NCBI GenBank assembly: GCA_903856085.1
Contig: CAIOAT010000024.1
Span: 3,180 to 67,179, forward strand
Direction: 5' to 3'
Source: Candidatus Omnitrophota bacterium
Lineage (GTDB): Bacteria; Omnitrophota; Omnitrophia; Omnitrophales; Aquincolibacteriaceae
Length of the DNA stretch: 64,000 nt
Both the position numbers and the translations under genes were made by a program. Positions 46,401 to 58,400 of this stretch are shown in pieces; position 1 is the stretch's first letter; each line of letters opens with the position of its first letter. The notes below the pieces were generated by a model. It was not told the DNA's origin, did not search any database, and was given only the letters and a program-made list of their open reading frames with translations.

Positions 46401-49400
46401 CACCGTGATAAAGCGTCGCTTTAGTATCAAATCCCGGTTGGCGAGTGGTTTCCGTGAAAGGAATCCGCTCGACGCCGGCTTTCGTATAAAAAAGCCGCTT
46501 TGCATCATCATTCGAATTGGCAGTCTGGATCAAACTATCAGGATCAAACTGATCCCACTGATACATGAAAGACTTTTCCCGGATTCTTCCCAGGATCATC
46601 CCCGGGAAAAGATCGTCCGGAAAATTCTCAGAGTCAATGCCCGTCAAAGCCAGTGCCGCAAGAGCATAAGGATCGCGAATAACTTCCGCCGCCATATTGA
46701 GCAGAATTCGTTTTGCCAGAACCCGGCGGCCATTTTGCCCGATCGATCGCAGGGCAAAGCGGTAGGCCCTCTCAAGAACCGGACTGTACGCATTCAGTGT
46801 GCTGAAGAAAACCTTCAGATCCCGGGCCACGACATCAACGTCCCGGAACGGCACGGCGCCCGAATACACAACTTCGCCGGCATCATCCCGATAATAAACG
46901 TCCGCTCGATCTGCATCGTGCGTATCATAAAGAAGCATGCCTTGGTCCCTAACGAGCCGCTGGGAATTCTGCAGGATGTTCGCAAGCGCTGACGGATCCC
47001 GGAAATACTGCACCGCCAAGCGAGCATTGATCACGACATCGTATTGATGGCTCGCGTCAAAGACTTGCGGAGACGCGGTGATGTTTGCCTTTGGATCCTG
47101 GATATTGATCCGCTGATACCAGACTCCCGTTTCCGGATCCTGCCACATCCCATTCGCATCAAACTGGAACATTTCCTTACGCTGGAATTGATCCTTCGCT
47201 CCATCATATGCGAAATAAACAGGCTGGAATTGGATATCGTTCGCCACCAGCTCGATCTCGGTCCCTGAAGGCAATGCCTGGCGCAGCATATCGCGAAAAA
47301 GAACCGCCTTGCTGTTACGACCAGGCTTCTCAGCAGCGCCGATCAGAAGCACCTTGATCTTTTTCCGTGGCTGATAAGGAAGATTCAGCAAAGCATCACT
47401 CTCGGGATGGGCCTCCGGTCCGAACCAAGGATGATCATTCAGCACCCTGTTACCGTTGCGAAGATCCATCTGCTCAATAACTTGAGTGTCATTGAGCCAC
47501 TTCCCTGCCAGGAAATTCGTCGCGGCAACAAAGAGCGGCGAGTTACGGTTCCTATCGGTGATCTGGACCGTGTAATGAGATAGAAAATCCAGAAACTCCT
47601 TCTGCACTTCAGGATGACGCTTGAGCGCCTCGAAATAGTTCGCCGCGGTCTGGACCCTTGAGGCAAACTCGGCTCTCGTAATTTCGCTCGCGATCCCGTA
47701 ACCGACAAAATCAAGGATTGCGTCCACCAAAAAGAATTTTTGATAATTCGCGTACCAATGTCCTTGCGAGCGTAAAGTTTCGATCCGCTGGTCCCGTGAC
47801 TGCCGGATACGGCTTCCAAATTCGCTCGCATCCTTATCAATCAAGGAGTCAAGCCCTTCACCCAAATCGTCCTGGATCGTCAGCCCATCGTAGGGTTTGT
47901 CGCTCCATTTGGCATTCAAGCCGTCCAGATAATTCACAAGACTATCAAGCAGGTTATTGCTTGCAGCAGCCTCCGCGGTAAATGACTTACGATCCATGAT
48001 CCACTGCCCGCTCGGATCCACAAAGATGCGGGTATAGCCTGAGTATTTTCCGTTCACAAAAATGTCATAGATACCGTTCATCTCGTCAACCAACTTCAGG
48101 GATATGCCAAAATCAGCCAACGGAGCCGCTTTATGGTAGTACGGTGCACCATCCGTTCGTCCCAACGATCCAAGCAGGGGCAAATCCCCGACCGCAAGCT
48201 CTGAAGCAAGGATCAAGAGCATTCCGTTCGCCGCCGCAAGTTCTTTGAGCTTGGGGCCTATCGTCTTTTCAAGGGCTTCATAATCGATACCAGAATTCTC
48301 AATTCTTTGAAGCTCGATCACTTGTACATCCAGACGCGGAACGAGATGAAAAACAAGGTTGGGGGTACCAGCAAAATCCAGATAAATAAAAGGTGAAGGC
48401 GTTGGATCGTCGGGATCCTGCATAACGACTCTTCCTTCGACATTTCCGCGTCCTCCCCGACCGGCGTCTGCGGCCGAGACCGCGACGTGATTTTCGTCAA
48501 AATAAACCCTCATCGCCTGCAAAGCTTTCGCATACGGAGTGACGAGATCAGCATTCTGAAAATGCTGCCGACTCAGAAAGCTCGCCGCTTCTGCGGCAAG
48601 ACGGACATCGGCCGTGGGGTATTTGGCTTTTTCGCCCGGCGTCATAGAGGGATAATTCTTCTTTGTGTCGGGCTGAACAAGGATGCTGTGCAGTGCGGAT
48701 TCCTCCGCCGGAACCTTGGCGAGTTCAGAGGGAACTTTATAGTGACCTTCACCGGTCAACACATTGGCTCTGCCATCCGGATCGAGGATGACCATAGCTC
48801 CGCGGGTCTTGATATCCCGGCTCACACCGTGACGCTTGTCGAGTTCATCCTTGATCTTTTGTGCGGTCGCTGCCAGAGGGTCACGGTTATAAAGTTCCCG
48901 GTACGCGGCATCCCTTTCAGCATAACGATTCGTATAAATGCCGGGAGCCCCCGCTAAAGCCGCAACCTCAACACCCGAATCTTCAGCCATCACATAGAAC
49001 GGTCCCGCGATCTTTCCCGCGGCCTGTTTCCTGTAAAATTCCGCTTTGCGCCGCGCAGTGTCCTCATAGGAGGGTGAAACTTCTTCAGGAGCTTTTGCAT
49101 CGATACCGGCTTCAGCGGGCGTAATCACCCGGATATAGGGAAAAGAACTGAAATATTTTTTCCAAGTTTCAACCTTCCTCGGATTTTGCGTCGCAACAAG
49201 GACCTGGAGGATCTCTGCTGAGGCCGCAACTTGTTTCCGCACCTCCGCCCGATTTGTTTCAACTCCGGGTTGATTGGGGATGGTGCCATAAGCGGTTCCG
49301 AGCTCTGCAATTCTTCTTGCAATATCAAAGTCTCGCGGCTTACCAAATTTAACCCCCGCTATCAATTTTTCAAAACGTTCATCGGGTGCACGCCCTCTTC

Positions 49401-52400
49401 CGAGCGAGATCATCTTAGGTTGATATTCACTCAGCCCCATGAGCGAACTAAAAACATCCCCTCCCTCGCTTTCGAAAGCAACCACATCATAACTCCCATA
49501 GGGTTTGAGGATCTCCCTCAAAAATGCTCGCTGCGCAAGAAATCCATAGTTTGCCATCCCGGACATCCCTTGGGGAAAATGAGTGAAGAAATACGTGATC
49601 ACCACCACGCCAGAGCGATCCTCACCTTCTTCTTTCGGAAAAACCAAGAGACGGAAATTGTAAGTCGCCATATTGGAAAACAGTTGCTTCCCTTTTTCGT
49701 CATACACATTTCCTGTTATCTCAAGGGGCGCATCAGAGCCGTCCTTCTTTTCATTCAGTTTGTAGCTGTAGCCAGTTTTTTTGAATTCATCCCATTGCAA
49801 TTCCTGGCGGCTCACAGTTGCCGGGATTTCCGAGAGTGCAATAAATTTGAACTCGGCTTCCCGCCACGGATTCCGGACTCCAAAACGCGTATCTTTGACC
49901 CATTTATCCCGATACGGATTCACCACTCGCGTCACGGACCGGTTAATAAGACGGGTCACCACAAAATAGATCGCTCCTGCAACACCGGCTAATCCCGCGA
50001 ACGTGGATGCGAGCCGGCTCCACAAAACATCTAAGATCCCGACCACCAGGGAAGATACAAAAGTCGCGATCACCAAGTAACTTAAAAATCGGGCAGCGCG
50101 ATAAGAGAACTCTCGCCCCTTCGGGATTTTGATCAGCTTGCTCGCAACCATACCATTTTCAAACGCCGCGATCACTTGTTGAGCCGCAGACCCTGCCCGT
50201 CCCACCGTCTGATCTCCGGCAGTTCCATCCGTTAGATCCTTCACAAACGTTCTGAACGCTTCGGTGTTAAAAACCCCGGCCTCGAACAAAGTACCTTCTA
50301 ATCTTTGATCCGGACGTATTAAAATATTTTTCAGGGCACTTTCCTGCCCGGGCTGGTGCAGGTGGCCCCCCATCCAACCCAGCAATGCATCAAAATAGAA
50401 CGAAACAGTTTCTTTGTGATTCAGAAAGGTCGATAAATCTTCAGCCGGAGATGTCAAATAGCGTTTGAGCGTCTCCCTCGGAGTTTCGCTGGCCGCACTC
50501 CCCTGAATTCCAGGCTTGGATAAACTCAATTTGATCACGCGATTCGCAAGATCCACCGTCGCAAAATACGTTGTATTACCAAACGTCACCTTATCGTTGT
50601 TGATGGGATGATTCTGCCACCTTACATCCCAAGAGCTTCGTGTAGCGATAGAGGGCTTTCCGTCAGCAAATTCCGCCATCAAAAAGTGGCGGCCCCCCTG
50701 CCATTGAAACGCATAATTGCCCCTGCCATCCGCGCCCATGACAAGATCGACCGGCTCCCCGAGATTAAAGAAAATATCCTGCCCCCGAATCTCGGAGCGA
50801 GGCGAAGCGCCCATCTCTTTTCGAATCATGCGTACGACAGATCCCGCAGCCTTGGCCCAGGATTGGGATGGATCTTTTCTTTTTTCTTTCACCACTTGGT
50901 AAGCCAAAGCGACCGACGCTACGATCCCTAAACCCCCAAAGGCATAGCCTACGATTTCTTGTTCGATCGGCACTCGTTGAATCGGTTCGAAGAATTTGAT
51001 GCCATTTTTAGAATCCGCGATAATGCGATCAATATAGTAGTCACCGTACTCATCAAAAACCTGCATATCCCAGACATTCTGCCCCGTCTGAGTATTGCGC
51101 TTAAGCTCTCCCTGGATGCTGAAACCTCTCTGAAATGTTGACGTGCTGACATCCATATAATTTTTTGTTTTGAGATCGGTGAATTCTCGATTGAGAAGCT
51201 CTCGAAGATCCGCCGCAAAAGATTCATCCGGCATCCCCGTACGGAACAGATACGCCTTTCCGGCAGGCTTTACGCCCTGCAGTTTCAAAGCCGTTACAAA
51301 ATTGGCCACATCGCTGCGAAGATCGCCGAGAGTCTTTCGATCTCCCTGATCATCGTACGGTCTGAAATGTGCTGCCACAAGCCGGTTATCAGTTGTCGGG
51401 AGCATAAAAATATTGCATTGATTCCCCTGCGCTGGCTCGACGGTGAATTTCCCGCGACTGATTACTCCCGCCTCATCTTCAGCAAAACTAAAACCACCTT
51501 CGCCTTGCTTGAATGCCTTTCCATCGCTGATATGGAACATAAGGCCTTGAGCTTTTGCGGGTGCCAGGGGTTGCAATCCCGGGGCATTTGTTTGCACTAA
51601 GGTGGCGGCTATCGTTTGCCCAGCGGTTTGAAACGGCGCTGCGACCAAGCCTGCACCTGCGCCTAAAAATATCCCCAGGAAACCGCGACGCCCCATCTGC
51701 CCCCGCAATTCAGGACGAGGTGGGAGAGCCATGAGACTGTTATGTTTTTCGGTTGCCGCATCAATAACATCAATCGCAGGCTCACCAAATTTCTCAGCAA
51801 GAACTCTTAAAGATTCGAACGCCGTCGGAGCATTTGTTCGATCCCCGGCAGCCACCATCGCCGCAAATTTCAGCATGGCAAAAGCCAGTTCGCCACGCGA
51901 CGTTTTCCGTCCTTCGATGCGATTTGTTTCTTCAACAGATTTTTCCAATAAGCCACGGATAGAAATATCCGCCCCCGGCTTAAGCGCATCACTTTCCATT
52001 AGCCGCAAACTGATATCACAAATAAAATCAGGGTCTTGTCCCTTCGACATGGCCGTGAAACGGTTCATTTTGTTCAAGACATCTTGAGAGCGAGCTTCAT
52101 CCAAGGCATTTTGGCCATGGGCCTCAAACTCGTTTTCCGCCTCTCTCGCAAGCTTGAAATCAACTACAGGTGCCGTAATCGCTGATAAAAAGTTTAAAAT
52201 TGAATGGGCAGCATATCCACGGCTTGTATTCCCCCTCTGAAGCAGGTTTTCGGCCGCTCGGACACGCGCCAGAGTATCAACAATCACATTATGATCAGGC
52301 ATTTTTCCGTTATACAGACCCTCCATCAGGCCAACACTCTCAATAGCCGACTGGGTCAAAGCTTCCTCGGCTTCTGCCGCAGTCCTGATCTGCATTTCCC

Positions 52401-55400
52401 AACGCGCATCGGCAAATGCTTTTTCAAAAGAAGACCTTGCATTAAATTCACGGTCGAACGGCTCCAAAAATCGGGACAAGCTTTTCACCGTCAAATCACT
52501 CAACGCTGAAGGCCTCTTGCCATTCAAGTCATCCAATAACTTTTTAGCTTCTATAAAATCACCGGTAGCCATTGCTTGTTGCATTTCATTCAATAATCTT
52601 AAATTTTCACTCCCCGCATCCCTCACCTCGGCGCGCTTTATGGATGAATCACTGATAGCAATCTCAGGATAGATGTATTCAAATAACAGAGCGCTCAGAT
52701 GCTTCTTGTCTTCATTCTGCCGTCCGAATCCTCTCTGGCTTGCCTTATAAATTTCACCTACTTGAGTAGCCGTCAAAGTCGAGTAGTTGTACGCTGAAAG
52801 AAATAGACCTAGCGCAAAAATAATGGCCGTCGGATCGTCTTTTTTGAATGTAACATTTCCGTCGGCAGTACGATCCGAAAGGATGAACGGCCAAATAAAA
52901 TCCTCACCGTAACCTGACGGCAAATTATGTTCCGACGCGACATCCGGCATTCCAGTTTGGCCTATCAAAAGCCCCAACATGACATCCACGCGGGTGGAAG
53001 GGAAAGACGCATGAAGCGCGGCACCTATGGCAAGCGCCGTTTTCCCTGACCCGAAATTGTCAAACACCAAGATCGGCTTATTGACGTCCAACTGTCCTTC
53101 GGCCTGTTTCCGGATCATTTCAATAAATTGCGCCACAGCCGTTCCTTTGTCCCTATCGCTCTGCAGTTTGAGGAACTCGCTAAAAAAATACTTCTGAATC
53201 TCATTCCCGCGTCTTTGCAAATCTCTTATATTCTTAAATTTTTTGTAGGCCTCTTGCAGTATCCGTTCGGATTCCGCGTAAATAACTTTGTGGGTCTCTT
53301 CGAATTCGGCGGGGCCTCGTTCCACCGTGATGGGCAATTGCCCTCGCCAAAAAGCCACCGCCGTCTTGTCCGTATATTGACTCACTGGGAGGATCGCTCC
53401 ATCCCTCCACACCGGCATGAGTTGATGATCAGGAAAACGCGATTTTATTTCCTTATGGATCGCGGGCAAATAGAGGAGGAACCATTTTTCTCCGCTATCC
53501 AGGCCGTAAGGAAGTCTCAATCTGCCGTTCCCCTCCAGGAAATCTTTTGTTTTTTCCTGGAAATTTTCCTGGATTTCACTTAACCCTAATTTGCCAATAA
53601 CTCCCTGAAGGACTGCAGCGATCTCTTGCCGGGTCAGGGGATACTGTCGGCCGTCTTGGTCATGGGGCAACAGTGACTTGGGCGGGAGAAATTCCATCTT
53701 CCCCAGTTCTCCGATCGTCCATGTTTCCTTGCGGGAATAATAGTCGACGAGATGATCCACGAGAGGCTGGGGATCATAGACACCAACGCCCGCCGGACGA
53801 ATGTTCATGGGCCCGGCTGCCTTTTTAGTCTGAAATGTTACAAGCTCGAAAGCCCTTTGAAGCCATTGCTGGATTCCGGGAGCTTCAGCTTGCGCTCCCG
53901 CAATCCCCCCTCGCACCTCGGAGCGAATACTGGAAAGCATCGCCTTAAAATTAACAGGCTGCTGGAAGCGTGCGAGATGGACCAACGTTCCTTTTTTAAT
54001 ATTTTGCGAGAGGGAGACTGGCTCCGGGACTCCCGGAAGCATGAGGTACCTTTCGAAAGGACTACTGATCTCCAAAAATCCTCTATTCTCCGAGCCCGAT
54101 GCATTATCCACGCCATAAAGTCCCAGACCGCGCCCCGGTTTTCCTGACGTAGAAACACCTTTTTCAAGCATAAGCGGTATATTCCGCATGCCAGGTCCGT
54201 TGTCATACACAAAAAGCTCCACCCCCTTATTACCTTGAATCTGAACTTCCCGGCCCACCAGGATTCCCTGGATCTCTCCGGCTCTCGGCGGAAGCGGCTG
54301 ATGCTCTTGCAAGGAAACCAAAAGATTCGCCAAATGTTCTTCGTCAAACGCCTGCGCCCCTTTCAGATGGTCAATATTGTCCATAAGTTCTTTAATCATA
54401 AATTCGATCAAAGTGCGTTGATCGTAAGTTTTATAATCAGCATGCGCCACGTAGAGGAAAGGAGCCGGATCATTAAGCCAGCCGATTTGGTTCAAAAGGC
54501 GCTTCACTTCTTCGAACCCTAAAGAAAAGCCCTGGCCACGAAGCAAATCTTTTGCCCGAGAATCTCCGGCGAGAGAATCCTGCAGCGCCTGCAGTACGTC
54601 ACCCTCCACATCCCAAGGCGTTCCACCGGCCCGCGCCTCGGCACGAATTCCAGGCTCTCGTTCCAGCATAACCCCAAGATAAACAGGCCGGAGCGCCCAC
54701 TCCTTCCGGAGAACCTTCTCATCTGTAGCCAGCTCTTTAGCCCACGCTTCAATATCGGGAACATATTTTGGATCGAAACCTTCGAGCACGTTTACCGCCC
54801 CCCTCTGTCGAGCCGAGCCTAAAACTTGGGTCGTTGTGTAAAATTCCCTTGGCAAACCCTCTTTATTGAGCCAGTAACCGTTTGGACGCTCTTCCTTGGA
54901 AGCCTGAAAATTAAAATCACGCAAAAGGACATCGACCAGAGCAGGATTCGAGGTGGTAAATGCATATTTCACGTCTTTAAACTTTCCAACGAAAATCCCG
55001 ACGAGTTGCTTGAGAAGACCCTGACCTCCCAGGCCTAATTCGAGATCTTGATTGATATAAGTACCGTAGATGGCCATGACACCATCCACCTCTTTGGCAT
55101 ACAGGAACATATCGCTTGCTGCAAAGGCGGGTTTCTCTTTCTCATTCGGATTTTTAAAGAAAAGATCGATTCGTTTTGTTGTAGCGTTGTCTTCTACCTG
55201 CATTTCAAATGTCAACTTCGCACCATTCCGCCCCTGCAACACAATCTCGCGGGGCTTCAAAACATCTTGCGCCAATTTCTTCCAGTCAAGCGAGCCCAAT
55301 ATTTTGAGATTCGCAAGCATCTCGTTCATTGTAGGGACCGTGCTTTCAGAACTTCGCTTTTTTTCTGTCAGGAGGAGAAGAATAACCTGCAGATAACCCA

Positions 55401-58400
55401 GACGAAAAACGTCGGGAAGGATTTCCATTTCCTTGGCAGTGATGGGCTCTCCTGTCGCCCCTTGGTATGCCACAAAGAACTGACGGACTTTGTCCAAAGC
55501 TATGGAAGTCCCGTCTTTTTGATAGCGAAGGAGTATGGCACTGGCAAAATCCGCAACTCGCGCATCGGGGTGGGCATATTCGAAGTCAAAAACGCCGTTT
55601 ATTTGATTCTGCCCATATCGAAGGTTCCCCTGATGGAAATCACCGTGGACAATCGTGCGCGGAAGTTGATCGAGAACTCGAGGGGTTAAATGAGTCCTGA
55701 TCTCTTTGACCTGCTGCTGGATCAGATCAAAATTTTCGACAAAAATCTTCTCGGTCGGCGTCAGAGGCGGCCCGCGTTGCTGAATCTCTTGGCGCATCGA
55801 TTCGAGTCTCTTTAAGCTCCCTTCAAAATCTGTCACGGGAATCAATGGCGGCCATTCATGCCCCTGATAGGATCTTCCGGGAAGATCCAAGTTCCGCGTC
55901 GCCATATGGATCTTGGCGAGCAATTGGGCAGCCAATTCCAAGTCCCCACCCTCCACTTGCCCCCAGTCATATTCTTTTCCGTCTATATAATCAGAGAGAA
56001 CGAAGGGTTTCCCATCGATCATGATAAAATTTTCATTTTGAAGTGTTGGGCGGATGACGCTTACGGGGATTCCGGCCGACTTGAGATTCTCCAATAAACC
56101 CGCCTCCCATTGGATCAAATCTTCGGTGTTTCGATAAAGGGGCGCTTTTAGGACATACCGCCCGGTTGCATCCTGGACCGTATAGACATTCGCCCTGGGT
56201 GTCGGCTGGATCGTCACATCACCCTTCAAACCATAATTCTTCGCGACTATTTCTTGCAGGCGCTGGATATCGACACGGACGGGTTCGGTTTGTACATCGG
56301 CGCGGGTTTCGGCGCGTGCGGCATTCGGTGTTGCCGATGCCGCCAAGGCCCGGCTGATCGTTAAGACACCTTTTTCCGGCTGCGTTTTAGAAATAGCAAG
56401 GGTCCAATGATATGTTCCACCTTGTTGTGACGCTCCCGTCTGACGTGAAAAAACAGCTGCTGTCCCGTAATTTTCGGCCAAATGCAAAAATTGATCCAAC
56501 CCTTCTCCAGCTACAGTATTACTCCCCCTTACTTTTCCTGATAGCGCCTCCTGAACATTCATGCCTTCCCCGCCATCAATCGTAATTCCAATAATTTCAT
56601 GCCCATGTTTTACAAAAATAGCAACCCCAAGACTATCGCTTTGCGGAAGTCCGTGTTGGAACACATTCTCAACCGCAAAGAACATCGAGTTATATAAGCT
56701 TGGCGCAGCTTGAGGATGCAGTTTGTCACTTCCAATCCGCTTCATAAGATTTTGAACAACTTCAGAGCTTCGCTTCCATCGATCCTGTCTCCCGTACGGA
56801 ACATCCGGAGTGCGAAGAATTTCCAAGGCAACCGCTCCATAATCGTTCAGCGCCTTAATGTGCGGCTCAAGAGTCTCCCTCTTAACCAAAGCAGACCACA
56901 AATTATAAATTTCATTTACAAAGGAAGGCTCCAGCCCTTGGAATACCCCATCATCACTTGCCCAAACAGCACGTGCTTCAAGGCGGGATTGATTCACGCG
57001 GCTCTCGGAGCGCACAGGAACAAAAACTGTGCCATACGAGCCTACACTGTTCAGAAGGATATTCCCGGCCTTGTCCATTTTCATCGTCATGTGCGTCCGG
57101 GATACTGACTTGAATTCCTCTCCCGCCGGCACGACAAGGTCAGCCTTAGGAGACCGCCCAATCACCAACTCCGCTTCTTTCAAGGAGAGTGGCTTCTCTG
57201 ATGCCCACGACCCATCCACAGCACGAGCCGTAACAAATACTCCATCGGTCGTACTCGTCACATCAACATAAACCTGGCCGGCAAGCTGCATACGCAGCGG
57301 CAATTCCGTAGGGACATCTCCGGTAATTCCTTGCGAGGTGATGGTTCTCTTAGGGGTCGCTGCCAAAGCGGTTAACTTTTCAATCATCGGGTCGAGGTTT
57401 CCCGTGAGCCCCGCGTCATCTTCGTTTCTCTCCTTCAACTTCACCAGGCGATCAATAACCCGACGGATCAATACGGGTTTCCGGCCTTTGAATTCGCTCA
57501 CAAATTGATCGCTCAAACCACCCTTGATCGCTTTTAAAGCGGCATCTTCGATCCTGCCTTCGGCAAGTCCGAACGCGATCGAAGCCACTTCGTCCTCTTT
57601 ATTTTCACCCAACCGTTCAGCGAAAAGTGTCGGCCCCACCCCTTCAAGGGAAGGATAGAGAGCATGGGCTTTCATCTTGTCATAGAACGCACGCGCATCC
57701 GCTTCGGAAAGAAAGTTGATAACGATCGGCGATATCTCATCGGGATCATAGGAGAACGTTTTGTCGCGAATGCTTTGTTTTAAATATTTAAAATTGATCC
57801 CCACGCCGCTGGATGCAACCGCCGTTTCCTTCACGATCCTGACCGCATCGTCAAAATGCGTCGGCACGACATTAAGATAAATTCTCCAGTTATTTCCAGG
57901 ATCTTTATCGTAAAACTGTAAATTCTCGTACGAATGCCACCAGAATTTCCATCCAACTCCCGTACCGAACTCCTCAGGATAAAAGCCTTTTAATACCTCC
58001 GTCTTCTTTCCCGAAACTGGCTCCTGGATAAGGTTCGCATTCTCGCTGCTCAGATTCTCGACCCTGAACTGGCTTGCACCGATCCGCGTAATCTTTATGG
58101 ATTTCCTGGGGTCTCCATCCTTAAGCCCGAATCCTTCCGGATTCGAAACACTTTCACCCCTTGCAATACCTCTTATTTTGTCCAAGACTTCATCGGCATC
58201 ACGATTGTCCAATATGTAGGGACTCATCGCTATTCTTTCAAAGATGCTCGGGTCAAGGAGGTAGAAGTCCGAAGGATTTTTTACATACTGACGCGCACGA
58301 CTAATGGCAGGATCAAGCCTTACAGCGAGGTTGATATTGCCTCTATAAATATCGGGATCGTAAGCCCGCAGCTCAAGAGCCTGATCTACGCCGAATTTGA

